Source: Octopus bimaculoides (taxonomy: Eukaryota). From it: a stretch of 64,000 nucleotides of DNA. Positions 1-11,086 of this stretch are shown here, in pieces (position 1 is the first letter of the stretch; every line of letters starts with the position of its first letter). The stretch covers positions 42,496,189 to 42,560,188 of the forward strand of contig NC_068983.1 of assembly GCF_001194135.2 (NCBI RefSeq), in the 5' to 3' direction. The notes under the pieces were generated by a model that made no database searches, had not been told where the DNA came from, and saw only the letters and a list, made by a program, of their open reading frames with translations. The position numbers were made by a program, and so were the translations under genes.

Positions 1-264
1 GCGGGTGGCACAGAAAAGACACCATTTCGAGCGTGGCCGTTGCCAGTATCGCCTGACTGGCCTTCGTGTGGGTGACACGTAAAAGCACCTACTACACTCT
101 CTGAGTGGTTGGCGTTAGGAAGGGCATCCAGCTGTAGAAACTCTGCCAAATTTAGATTGGAGCCTGGTGTTGCCATCCGGTTTCACCAGTTCTCAGTCAA
201 ATCGTCCAACCCATGCTAGCATGGAAAGTGGACGTTAAACAATGATGATGATGATGATGATGAT
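1..264 (+). mobile_element. Family A: 3' end of RTE-type LINE or RTE-tailed SINE with (GAT)n tail
   Basis: Ends GTCCAACCCATGCTAGCATGGAAAGTGGACGTTAAAC + (GAT)n. The same terminus recurs about 20 times in the window and follows an RTE ORF end at 34955-36030. Confidence 0.8.
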
Positions 265-738
265 ACTTTTTAATTCTATTTTAGAAATTTACATGAAGAG
301 GATTACATAAAGAGGATCAATGATATAAAGAAGTTTACTAAATCCTGTAATCTTTAAAAAGATAATTGAATAAGTGAACAACAAACAGCAACTGTCATGT
401 TGCGACTCAGTCAATATTGTCAACCTGTTCTTTGACCAACACCAGGTCTACCGTAGAATCTCAGGAAGAGAAAAAGGTGGAACAGTCCAGAATGATATGT
501 CTTTGATTCTAAAACTATTTGATTAGAGTTGATCTGTGATTAAACAACATTACAGACATCACAAACCAAAGAGGGAGACTATGTGTCACCTGACCAGTTA
601 CAAATTAGCAGCCTAACCTCCAGCAGGATACATTAGATAATGTAGTCCCTGATACACCTAACACAATTTGATAGAATACAGATGCCCTATGCCAATAAAC
701 AACAGAATCATCTTCTTAACCATAGAGACTACAAGACT

Positions 739-1017
739 CATCATCCCCATTGCTTTAATGTCCATTTTTCCTTGCTTTTATGGGTTAGATGAAATTTATT
801 GAGGCAGATTTCTGTGGTTGAATGCCTTCCCTGTCTCCAACCTTTACCTATTTCCAAGTAAGGTAATATTTCCTCTTGACCAGATGTTTTTACAGGGCTG
901 GAAATGAATGACACTGCTAGTATGTCAGTGGCATTCATTCACAATTATCACATGATGTAAAGATGAGGACACACACATGGGCTTCCTTCAATTTCCATCA
1001 ACCAAATTCGCTCGAAA
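739..1017 (-). mobile_element. Family F composite SINE (family-B head, distinct body, RTE-type tail), degenerate
   Basis: Body motif CCAAGTAAGGTAATATTTCC shared with 8960-9125, 13625-13975, 15990-16220 and 28990-29250. Confidence 0.65.
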
Positions 1018-1049
1018 TTAACAACAATCACTATTTTTTCTTACACTCG

Positions 1050-1285
1050 CATCATCATCATCATCATCATCAATTAACATTGCCGTTCCATGCTGGCATG
1101 GGTCAGACAGATTGACAGAGTCTAGCAGGTCACTAGGCTACATCAAACTCCATTGTCAGCTTCTGAACAATTTCAATGACCATATACCGTACCTAATGCT
1201 AACAACTTCACAGGTATGTACTGAGTGCTTTTCTTGCATTCCAACCATACTAGCAAGGTCACTAAGAAATTTGCAAGACAAGAAC
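1050..1285 (-). mobile_element. RTE-tailed element (family A variant), degenerate
   Basis: (CAT)n followed by TTCCATGCTGGCATGGG, the reverse complement of the family A tail. Confidence 0.65.
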
Positions 1286-1816
1286 AGGAAAAAACAGAAA
1301 AGCCACCTCGACTAAGTGTGGTATAAGGGGTGGGTGGATTAATATTTGAGAGGCAGGTAAGGGAGTTATTATGCCAGGTATTGAAAAACTGACACAACAC
1401 GAGGAAGGAATCCAATACTTCACAACAATATATATAACAGAATTATAGTGTAAGCCATGACAACTGAAAATCATTCAGAATGATTAGAAAATATACAAAA
1501 CAAACAAAAAAAAAAAAGCANNNNNNNNNNCAAACAAAAAAAAAAAAAGCAAATTAAAACATTTCTATTAGAGACAGAAGAAGAAAGAAAAGAACAATGT
1601 GCATATTTCTAAACGTGGCACACAATGTTCCTGCAGACTCGCATTTATTTTCTAAAACTGTCTACATGCAAGAGAATAATAAAATGCCATATTCTATTGT
1701 CGTACGTTCTTTGAAACTGAAATACTTCAGTAAATTACTGTATTACATTTTATTAAATGATTTACCTCCCCCAAGGCTGCAATTTTCAAACATTGATTTC
1801 TTTTTGTGCATATAAC

Positions 1817-1856
<40 letters not shown>

Positions 1857-1984
1857 CATACGCATCTACGTTTGTGTGTGTATGTGTTTCGTATCTCCAA
1901 GGGACAAAGTCATTGCATATATGTGTGTAAAAGTCTATTTCTGTGTGTGTGCGCATGCAAAATGCATGCGCACACACAGACACA

Positions 1985-2090
1985 AGTATGGCTGTGTGGC
2001 TGGGAAGTTTACGTTCCAATCACATAATCTCAGGTTCAGTTTCAGTGTGTGGCACCATGGATGAATGTCTTCTACCATAGCCCCACTTGC
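1985..2090 (+). mobile_element. Family B SINE 5' part (tRNA-like head)
   Basis: TGGCTGTGTGG A-box-like and GGTTCAGT B-box-like motifs; matches the full copies. Confidence 0.65.
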
Positions 2091-2118
2091 CAACACTTTT
2101 GGAAGTCAGTCATATGTG

Positions 2119-2181
<63 letters not shown>

Positions 2182-2244
2182 TATATACATATATATATTA
2201 TATATATATGCTTGAGAAGACCTGTTAGGTAAAACCAATATTGT

Positions 2245-2654
2245 AGCTGTGACCAGTGCCCCCAAACTGGCTCCCATGCCGGTGGCACATAAAAAGCACC
2301 ATCTAAATATGGTCGATGCCAGGTCTGCCTGATAAGTCCCCATGCCAGTGGCATGTAAAAAGCACCAACCGAACGTGGCCGATACCAGTACCCACTGACT
2401 GGCTTCTGTGCTGGTGGCATGTAAAAAGCACCATCTGAACATGGCCAATGCCAGTACTCCGTGACTGGCCCCTATGCCGGTGGCACATAAAAAGCACCCA
2501 CTACACTCTCAGAGTGGTTGGCATGAAGAAGGGCACTAGCTGTAGAAACACTGCCAGATCAGATTAGAGCCTGGTGCAGCCGCTGGCTCTCCAGACCTCA
2601 GTCACACCGTCCAACCAATGCCAGCATGCACAACAAACTTTAAACGATGATGAT
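2245..2654 (+). mobile_element. Family A element with about 3.7 internal 66-bp tandem units
   Basis: Units start at 2253, 2319, 2385 and 2451 (core GGTGGCAYRTAAAAAGCACC), followed by the A body and (GAT)n tail. Confidence 0.8.
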
Positions 2655-2659
2655 ATATG

Positions 2660-2765
2660 GCCGAGGTCAACTTTGCCTTTCCTCCTTTCGGAATTGATAA
2701 AATTAGTACCAGTTACACACTGGGGTTAATGTAATCCCTTCCCCCAAATTTGAGGCCAGTAGGCT
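2660..2765 (+). mobile_element. Family C SINE fragment
   Basis: CCGAGGTCAACTTTGCCTTTCCTCCTTTCGG central domain. Confidence 0.65.
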
Positions 2766-2916
2766 AATTCTAGAGGACATTTTATATCATAAATCACAAT
2801 TTTTGAACTACAATAATAGTGACTGTCTTAAAAACGTTTTTTTTTTCTTCATTGCCCATCCATATCATTCATTGATATTTCATGCACATTCGCATTTGAT
2901 ACTATGGTTTCAAAAG

Positions 2917-2951
<35 letters not shown>

Positions 2952-3549
2952 CATGTTTATTATTGAAACTGAATAGAAAAGGTTAAATATACTTTTTTCA
3001 TCGATCCCCATTTGGGACTTTTTGAAAAATTTATCTTAATTTCCAAAATATTCACATATGAAGAAAATCTAAATAATATATATTACTTTAACTCATAAGA
3101 CACCTGGCAAAGCCAAAAAATATTAAAAAATTTGGCAGTGAACAGGTTAATGTAGTACCAGCATGGGTGCTTTTTACATAACACGAGCACCCTCAAGCTC
3201 CCCCAACATGCCAAAATAGTGTAGTTTTAGGTTCAATCCCACTTGGTGGAATCCAATGCAAGTTTCTTCTGCTACAGTTTTGGGTCAACCGATGCGTTGT
3301 GAAAGAAATTTGGTAAAGGGGAAACCATATGGAAGCTGTCAGCAGAACTGTTCCCGTTTCTCCATGGAAGACTTTTTCCGTTATGTAGTTCACCACCACT
3401 GCCTGGTTCTTAGGAATCAGGTGTGAAAATAATTTCCTTCCTTCCTTTATTATTTCCTTCCTCCCAAATCACAAAGACCCTAAAATGGTCTTAGGTGTAT
3501 CGCCTGGCTCGACAAAGAATGCAATGAGTTTCACAAAAAAAATATTTAC

Positions 3550-3608
3550 CTGAACCTTATCTTTCGGATTAATATCTTCTTCTTCTGAAGAACTTCCTGT
3601 ATACGATG
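3550..3608 (-). CDS. AHCYL1: Internal coding exon of IRBIT / S-adenosylhomocysteine hydrolase-like protein (AHCYL1/AHCYL2 family), 59 nt, phase 1 to phase 0
   Basis: Minus strand reads TTTCTTATTTCAG | CA TCG TAT ACA GGA AGT TCT TCA GAA GAA GAA GAT ATT AAT CCG AAA GAT AAG GTT CAG | GTAAAT = (A)SYTGSSSEEEDINPKDKVQ. Splice sites are canonical. The peptide matches the recalled IRBIT motif (vertebrate ASYTDSSDDEVSPREK; insect ASYTGSS...PREKVQ). Confidence 0.85.
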
Positions 3609-3777
3609 CTGAAATAAGAAATAAACATTATGATTACTAGTCGAGTCGATGGACGGATCAACAAATAAATATATATATATTTAGGTCAACACCAACAGTC
3701 ATTTCAGTTGTTGGCTAATTGACTTGATTAAATGGTTATTGAGCTGTAATATAAAGCAACGAAGACAGATCACCTAC

Positions 3778-3791
3778 GTTTCCTAGGTAAC
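3778..3791. promoter_or_regulatory. RFX X-box-like motif GTTTCCTAGGTAAC
   Basis: Two inverted half sites (GTTTCC / GGTAAC) with a 2-nt spacer, 170 bp upstream of the IRBIT exon acceptor. Motif match only. Confidence 0.35.
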
Positions 3792-4061
3792 AATGCAATG
3801 TTTCATGAATGCACATGTATATGCATGTCTGCGTATATGTGCATGTGTAAGAAGTTATGATCTTCAGAGACTGACACGTCAAATGGACAATAGTTATTAC
3901 AATAACTACAGCCTTGACTAGAGTTTCTTAAAGGGCGAGCGAACACAGGAGGCAAGGTGGGGACATCACCCCAACTGTCACTCCCTACCACTAGGCACTG
4001 GTGGGACACAGGTTACTTCAGAATGTGTTAATGATAAATGAATGGAATTTACAAATTAAGT

Positions 4062-4409
4062 ATGGGTGGCTGTGTGGTAAGAGGTTTGCTTCTCAACCAC
4101 ATGGTTCCGGGTTCAGCCCCACTGTGTGAAGTGTCTTCTACTATAGCCTCAGGCTGACCAAAGTCTTGTGATTGGATTTGACAGCTAGAAACTGAATGAA
4201 GCCCATTACGTGTATTTGTCCATCACCACTTCTTGACAATGGGTGTTGGTGTGTTTACATCCCTGTTACTTAGCAGTTCAACAAAATAAACTGATAAAAT
4301 AATTACCAGGCTTAAAAAAATACTGGGGTTGATTTATTTGACTAAAATTCTTCAAGCTAGTGACCCAGCATGGCCACAGCCTAATGACCGAAACAAGTGA
4401 AAGATAAAG
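4062..4409 (+). mobile_element. Family B tRNA-derived SINE, near full length
   Basis: Head GGCTGTGTGGTAAGAGGTTTGCTTCTCAACC...GGGTTCAGCCCC; 3' end CCCAGCATGGCCACAG...GAAACAAGTGAAAGA. Confidence 0.8.
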
Positions 4410-4638
4410 TTTTAAAATTTGGTCCTAATAAGAGAATATAACTAAGAGAGTTGAATGTGGCAGACGATGGAACTAACGAACATATTGGACATTAAATTCC
4501 TGGCTCTAGCAAGACAAATTACTGCAGCAAGACTCCAAAATAGATACTGTACTAATGTTCCCACATGTATTGGATAGAATTAAGAGAAGCAGCTTTGGCT
4601 GTTGTAGAATCTCTTAAAGTTTGCTATAAAAAGAAAGA

Positions 4639-4669
<31 letters not shown>

Positions 4670-4989
4670 TCATGCAAATATCTAACTTTGCAGTAGAATC
4701 CCACACAACTGATGCCAGCAAAGCAAAATGAATATGTAAATAGACATGGAAAAAATATGTAAAGAAATGAAAATCTGATGAGAAAATCAATACTGAAAAT
4801 TAATCCTGTAGTAAGTATTTCTCTCCAAAACAAGAAATGTTAACTACTTTATGTAGCTTTTTCTAATAATAAACGAGCTACTGCCAGATTCGTCAGCAAC
4901 AGCAGATTTTAATACTGTCATAGTACAAGAAGCTAACTAATGAACTGCTACATAGCTCAATGATTTGCTAGAAATAGTAACCAAATTAC

Positions 4990-5430
4990 AACCTATCATC
5001 ATCATAATGATTTAATGTGTGTAATCCATGCTGGCACAAATTGGATAGTTTGGCAGGGGCTGACAAGCCAGAGGACTGTGCCAAACTCCAATGTCTCATT
5101 TGGAATGGTTTCTACTGCTGGATGGTCTTCCTAATGCCAACCACTTTACAGTATACTGGGTGCTTTTTGCGTGGCACAAAACCAGTGCTTTTTATGTGGC
5201 ACCAACACCGGTGGTTTTTTTATGTGGCACCAGCACCGGTGCTTTTTATATAGAACCAGCACCAACAGAATCACCAGGTACCTTGCAAGACAAACCCAAC
5301 TCAACTGGAAATGAGGGAGTAATATTGACAAGGTGTGGCTTTGTGCCATTTGAAAGGTTAAGGTATAGAGGAGACGGATGTAGGTGTCTTGCTGTAGAGT
5401 AGATACATGGATACCCCAGTTAGAAAACAA
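4990..5430 (-). mobile_element. RTE-tailed element, longer subfamily
   Basis: A-type tail plus an upstream block (GGTGTCTTGCTGTAGAG...GATACATGG) shared with 12420-12790. Confidence 0.65.
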
Positions 5431-5469
5431 AGGAGAGTGAGTTAAGTTTTCACCAATTGTTCTAGATGC

Positions 5470-5736
5470 TTGTGTAGCCACAAGCAAACACAGATGACCT
5501 TTCAGTTGACCCACCCTTAATCCAGAGTAACACTGAGTAACAGTGATTGCTAGAATGGGAAGGCAAAACAGTTGCACCTGCACTCAGGTGGTACTCATTT
5601 TCAGAGGAGTAGACATGAGGAACATAAAATCAAGTGCCTTGCTCAAGGACACAACAAGCTACCAGGTCTAAGAATTGAACCCACAACCATATAGTCATGA
5701 GAGCAACACCCTAACCAGCCGGCCATGCACCTTCAC
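5470..5736 (-). mobile_element. Family V SINE (tRNA head + GTTGTGTCCTTGAGCAAGGCACTT domain)
   Basis: The reverse strand has a tRNA-like head followed by a V-SINE-like motif; related to 31500-31800 and 44592-44916. Confidence 0.55.
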
Positions 5737-5982
5737 CATTTTAGACACAGTATGTCACACATACAGTCACACACGAACACAAAAGTGATGGCCCAAGCTG
5801 GGCTGGTTTTGATCATAGGTTTCTGGGATAAGGGTGACCTAAGGTTTGGTCTCCTTTCTAGCAGCACCACCACCAACAACAGGCACTTTACAAGGAATAA
5901 AATAATTCAACCCAGTGACTTCTACTCAAAAAGCCATACGGCAGCAGGGATTACAATCTCAGTTTTATAAATGATTCAGTAT

Positions 5983-6197
5983 GAGTGAGCTGGCAGAAGC
6001 ATTAGCAAGCTAAGGAGAAATGCTTAGCAGCATTCCATCCGTCTGTATGCTCTGTGTTCAAATTCTGCTGAGGTCAACTGGTCCTTTCATCCTTATGGGG
6101 TCGATAGAATAAGCATGTGTTGAGTACTGGGACCGATGTAATCAGCTTATCCTTTCTTCTGGAAGTCCTGGCCTTGTGCCAAAATTTGAAACCAATA
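5983..6197 (+). mobile_element. Family C tRNA-derived SINE, full length
   Basis: Head GAGCTGGCAGAAGCATTAGC, B-box GTTCAAATTC, central CCTTTCATCCTTATGGGGTCGATAG, tail GGCCTTGTGCC. Confidence 0.8.
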
Positions 6198-6983
6198 CGA
6201 GTGTTTATGTTACTATCCACACATATATACACACACACTCATGCACACATGAGTGTGTATGTGTAAGATAATGTATGATGATAATGATATATATGCACAC
6301 ACACACACACACACATATTTATATGCATACATGTCAATATGACAGAGTGAGTAGGTGTTATTGTCTCTATACATAGACTAGTGCATCTTGTACACATGAC
6401 AAGTAAATTACAACAACTTTAGATTTAATTCCTAATTGCAGCTATTTCAGTTCACTTCAACCGGTAATACTCTTGGGGAAAATAATCTTGTCACAATTCC
6501 AAAGACTTCCTCACAGAAATAGAGGAATACTGCAATGAAGGAGATGACTGAACAATGAAGAATTCAAAAGTTTATCTGATTAATGAGCACTGCTCAAATA
6601 TTTACAAACCCTAACAATTATACACACATGGGGATTATCGAAAATTTTAAAATTTGGTACATTAATGTAGTTTTCCAAGCTGAATTGCTGAGCGGAGTTA
6701 TTTCAGTTTTACCAGAAAAAAAACTTTTAGAGGTTTAAAGTTTGATCATTTTCACCCAATCAAGATACAGGATTTGGAAGCTGTCATTTTGTGCGTGACT
6801 GCACTTTTTGTCAACATTCTGAAAATAGCACACATGTTCTCAATATTTGTATTCTACATGCGGAAAACGAGTAAACAACACGTCTTTTGTAGTTTTAAGC
6901 ATTCAACAACAGCATCAACAAGTGGTTTCAATATATTTGTCAACACATGCTTTGTTGCAGACAAGAGTTCTCATGTTCGGATT

Positions 6984-7030
6984 GTTACTATGGAAACAGG
7001 CTTGAATGTGCCTGTAGCTTACGATTGGCT
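6984..7030 (-). promoter_or_regulatory. Candidate promoter/enhancer module: X-box (GTTACTATGGAAAC, 6984-6997) plus CCAAT box (AGCCAATCG on minus, 7022-7030)
   Basis: Both motifs lie in a non-repetitive block (about 6400-7200) and are about 25 bp apart. Motif evidence only. Confidence 0.4.
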
Positions 7031-7202
7031 AAAATTACCCAAAATTTTCAAACTTTAATAGCTAATAACTCTTTATTGATTGATTTATGGCAAAAGTGAT
7101 TTTCATGGCATTGATTAGTCTATAAAAGTGTATCATTACACTGACTGTGAAATCAATTCGGACACTGACCTCGGCAGCCAAACAGAAAAGATTCACACAT
7201 GG

Positions 7203-7320
7203 TGCAGGTATGGCTGTGTGGTTAGGGCGTTTGTTTCCAAACTGCATTGTCTAGGATTCAGTATTATTGTGTGGTACCTTGGGCAAGTGTCTTTTACTAT
7301 AGCTATGGGCTGTCCAAAAC
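7203..7320 (+). mobile_element. Family B SINE head fragment
   Basis: GGTATGGCTGTGTGGTTAG...GGTACCTTGGGCAAGTGTCTT. Confidence 0.65.
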
Positions 7321-7439
7321 TTTACCCAATCACTCTCCAACACTCTCTTGTAAAACATGAGTAGACTTGCAGCTCCTCTACAACAAGAAACCTTTTCTGG
7401 CCCCTTCTCTCATCTCTAAGTATATAGCACAACCACACA

Positions 7440-7655
7440 CACACAAGCTGCATGTCAACCCCACTAGACCTGATGGCATAAGGGAAGCATCCAGTACACT
7501 CTCTGAAGAGGCTGGTGGTGTTAGAAAAGGGAAAAAACTATGGAAACCATTCCAAAGCAGACACTGGAGCATAATACAGTCCTTAGAGCCGTTGGAACTG
7601 TTCAGCTCATATCAGCATGGAACATGGATGTTAAATAATGACGATGATGATGATG
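7440..7655 (+). mobile_element. Family A element, degenerate
   Basis: GTTAGAAAAGGG...CAGCATGGAACATGGATGTTAAATAATGACGATGATGATG. Confidence 0.65.
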
Positions 7656-8959
7656 CACTTAGAAGGCTATAAATGAATACAGCAAAGCATTTTGTCTGAA
7701 AGTCTAAAAAATAAATAAACAATTTTTAACCCTTGATCCCTATAAACTATGCAAAAACCATTAAAGTTTGTGTTTAAACAATAAATGAGAATAATATTAT
7801 TGCTAAGCAAAATTAAGCTTTCATTATTGTCACTGTAAAAATTGCGAACAATTTAAGGAGTTCAATAGCAACCGTAGTATCATGGAAAACTGCACATAAT
7901 CTGGTGGGGGTGGGGGTAGCAGTGGTGCAGAGGGGGAAGTTAATCTTCTGAACTACATTGATTCCGGAGAACAGAATTAATTGATTCCCAAATATCTCTA
8001 AAATATCCATAGACTGTCAATAACAGTATTTANNNNNNNNNNCCGGAGAACAGAATTAATTGATTCCCAAATATCTCTAAAATATCCATAGACTGTCAAT
8101 AACAGTATTTACACAGAAATCGAGAAAGGATTACAATAAAAAAAAAAAAAAAAATTTTAAAAAGAAACTCTGAAAATATCCTTGAGGGACATGTTCACCT
8201 TTTCTGCAATTCTATTTTAAAATGAATAAATCATAGTTACAAAAAAAATCAATAGTCCAAAAGCCATTCTGTCTAAAATTGTTTTCCAATATACTTTTTG
8301 ATCTCACCTCCTTGCAACCTCAACAACAACAACAGCTGAATAAACCAAACAAAAGAATGAGAAATCTCACATTTCTAAATAAGTACAAAGAATATTTGCA
8401 TAAGAATTAGAGAAATGTTTTTTTAATGAAAAAAATGATCATAGTATGGGGTCAAATGTTAGATAATATAATTCCTACACAAAACATGCCAGCTAATGGA
8501 CTATATATATCATTAGCATTTCAATTAGTTAACTCTGATAGTACAAAATAAGATATCATCTTGTTTCCTCGCCACCCTTGAAATATCTAAAATTAAATGA
8601 AAATCTAATGTTCTTTGTTGTTATGCATTAAATTCAGAGATCAAAAGCCTGGTTTTTCTCTGTTCTACACATATTCTGCAATAGCTTCGTCTTTTCTGTT
8701 TTTCCAAGCCACCATGTTTACATGGGTCGAGAGCATTTGAGCGCTGCAATATTAGGGATATTGTTTAAGCTTTTGTCGTCACAGTTGGATGCTTTTTCAA
8801 CCAATGAAAATTGGTGAAGCACTTTATCAGTCATGCAGACTGATGTATGCAGGTTAAATCTAACTTTCCAAGCTTCACAAGCTTTGACCTGATGACACTT
8901 AAACAGCACCATTGTTTTAATGTTCCCCTTATCCATACATGCATAGGTTGAATGAAGTT

Positions 8960-9124
8960 TGTTGAGCAGATTCACAATGGAAGGATGCCTTCCTGTTACC
9001 AACCCTTACTTGTTTCCATTCAAGATATTTCCCTGTAACAAGATATCCTTTCATGGAAGATTAGAAATAAAAGATACCACTTGTTTACTATCACATGATG
9101 TCAAGACAGGAAGACACAAACATC

Positions 9125-9125
<1 letters not shown>
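8960..9125 (-). mobile_element. Family F body fragment
   Basis: GGATGCCTTCCTGTTACCAACCCTTACTTGTTTCC...CACATGATGTCAAGACAGG. Confidence 0.6.
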
Positions 9126-9163
<38 letters not shown>

Positions 9164-11086
9164 TCCAATCCATGTCAGCATGGAAATCTACATATATATA
9201 TACATATATGTAAATGAACGAGTAAATATTCTAATAAATATTCATATAGATGTTATTATCAGCAGTAAATATATGAATAATTAATAACAATAATATTAGT
9301 GGCCAGTAAGCAATAAATGCAGTTAAATGGCTAAACAATAAAATTTTATAACCAACTTATAATTATAATAGAGGGTACACAATGTACCAGCTTGCTAGAA
9401 ATAAGAGTTAAAATCCTCAAACAAGCCACTATCTCACTGAGATATAAAAATCATGGGATCTAAAATTTACTACAGCTGTTTTAGTAGAATTTTATTGATG
9501 TATTCATATATTACATCGTAGCATAAAGCCACCATCCATAGGTAAATTTTAAACAGGTATAAACAAGCAATACTGTTTGTTGGAGAGGTCAGCATCAAGG
9601 TTTTATCTTATTAGTTTATACCTGTTTATACTAGTTTATACCTAAAGAATGTGGATTTATGCCATGAATTTTTACCAAAACAACTGTAGTAAATTTTAAA
9701 CCTCATTTCTATTCTTTTTATACCTATTCCACACCTGGAACCAACCCTGAATCGGATCTATGATTTATATTGGATTTGGTACCTATTTATATATACTAAT
9801 ACAACAGTTCATGGTTGTCTTTACCTCACTGTGAACCCAGTGTTATGCTACCTAGCCAGTCCTGGTGCTCTACATCTTGATGTGCCTAGATGCTAATGAA
9901 TCATGTATCTGTATATAAATATATATATATAAAACACATTTCACACGCACCTTTTGCTCTGTCATTTATCTCTTCCTACTTCTCCTCCTCCTCCTCGAAT
10001 CACCTGTTTAAATTCCACCCTGTGCCTTCAGTTATCTCTTGTTTTCCTCAGCTACATCTTCGATCCATCACACCTCCTCCTTATCATTCCTGTCTACTTT
10101 CTCAAGACCCTCTCACATTAACTATTAACGCCCTCTGCTACCTTTGTAACCCCACTAACCATTGCCACCCTCATGTCTCTTTGACCTCCATCCCAGTCAC
10201 AGTCCATCACAAACTCCCTTCCACAAACAGGTGAGGAAAAGGGGCTCTACCCAAAAGGCTTCACTGACCTTTAGAGACAGTTTAGGAAGAGACCGGAATC
10301 ATAGACTTCAAAGGCTCTCACAAACAGTTGAGCTGAACATGGTCACTGTCCCTTCTTGGTGGTGGTGGGTGGTTGGAACATGGACATTCCAATAAAAGAA
10401 ATTTCAGAAGGACAACGCTGAGAAAGAAGGACAAGGTTTGTATACAACTTGACTTATGGGTGATAATAGGAGGAGAGAGAGGAAGAGAGTTAAGTGAGCC
10501 AGTAGTGCCAGAGTGGAGAGGGTACAAAACCAACTAGCTCTGAAAAGCAGAGGCCATTGTAGTAGGAACAGAAAATGAAGAGAAGGACAGAGTGAGAGAG
10601 GAGACACACAGTATGTCTGTGAATAAGTGGCCGGAGTGTATTGAGTAGACGACTTCATCCTAATAAATCCACCAGACTTTCATAAGCTCTTTTTTTTTTT
10701 TTTTTTTTTTTTGAAGTCTCAGATATTTAACTATAAGAAAGTCTTGTTGTCCGTATCTTGGAATCTACTAGTTTCCTGACTAATACCATCATCTATTACT
10801 ACTACTATATTCTTTTCTNNNNNNNNNNNNNNNNNNNNNNNNNNNNNNNNNNNNNNNNNNNNNNNNNNNNNNNNNNNNNNNNNNNNNNNNNNNNNNNNNN
10901 NNNNNNNNNNNNNNNNNNNNNNNNNNNNNNNNNNNNNNNNNNNNNNNNNNNNNNNNNNNNNNNNNNNNNNNNNNNNNNNNNNNNNNNNNNNNNNNNNNNN
11001 NNNNNNNNNNNNNNNNNNNNNNNNNNNNNNNNNNNNNNNNNNNNNNNNNNNNNNNNNNNNNNNNNNNNNNNNNNNNNNNNNNNNNN

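Noticed and set aside
2253-2498. CRISPR-like appearance of the 66-68-bp and 30-bp repeat arrays
   Set aside because: Units are contiguous with no unique spacers, sit inside retroelements, and the DNA is eukaryotic with no cas genes.
3550-3608. Alternative open frame HRIQEVLQKKKILIRKIRF for the exon
   Set aside because: Also stop-free, but only the SYTGSSSEEED frame matches a known conserved motif.
7963-8111. 69-bp direct repeat around the 10-N gap, and a similar one at 1501-1551
   Set aside because: Identical sequence on both sides of a placeholder gap indicates unmerged contig overlap.
9825-9885. Minus-strand AG...GT bounded 61-nt segment as an IRBIT exon
   Set aside because: Stop codons in all three frames and a weak acceptor.
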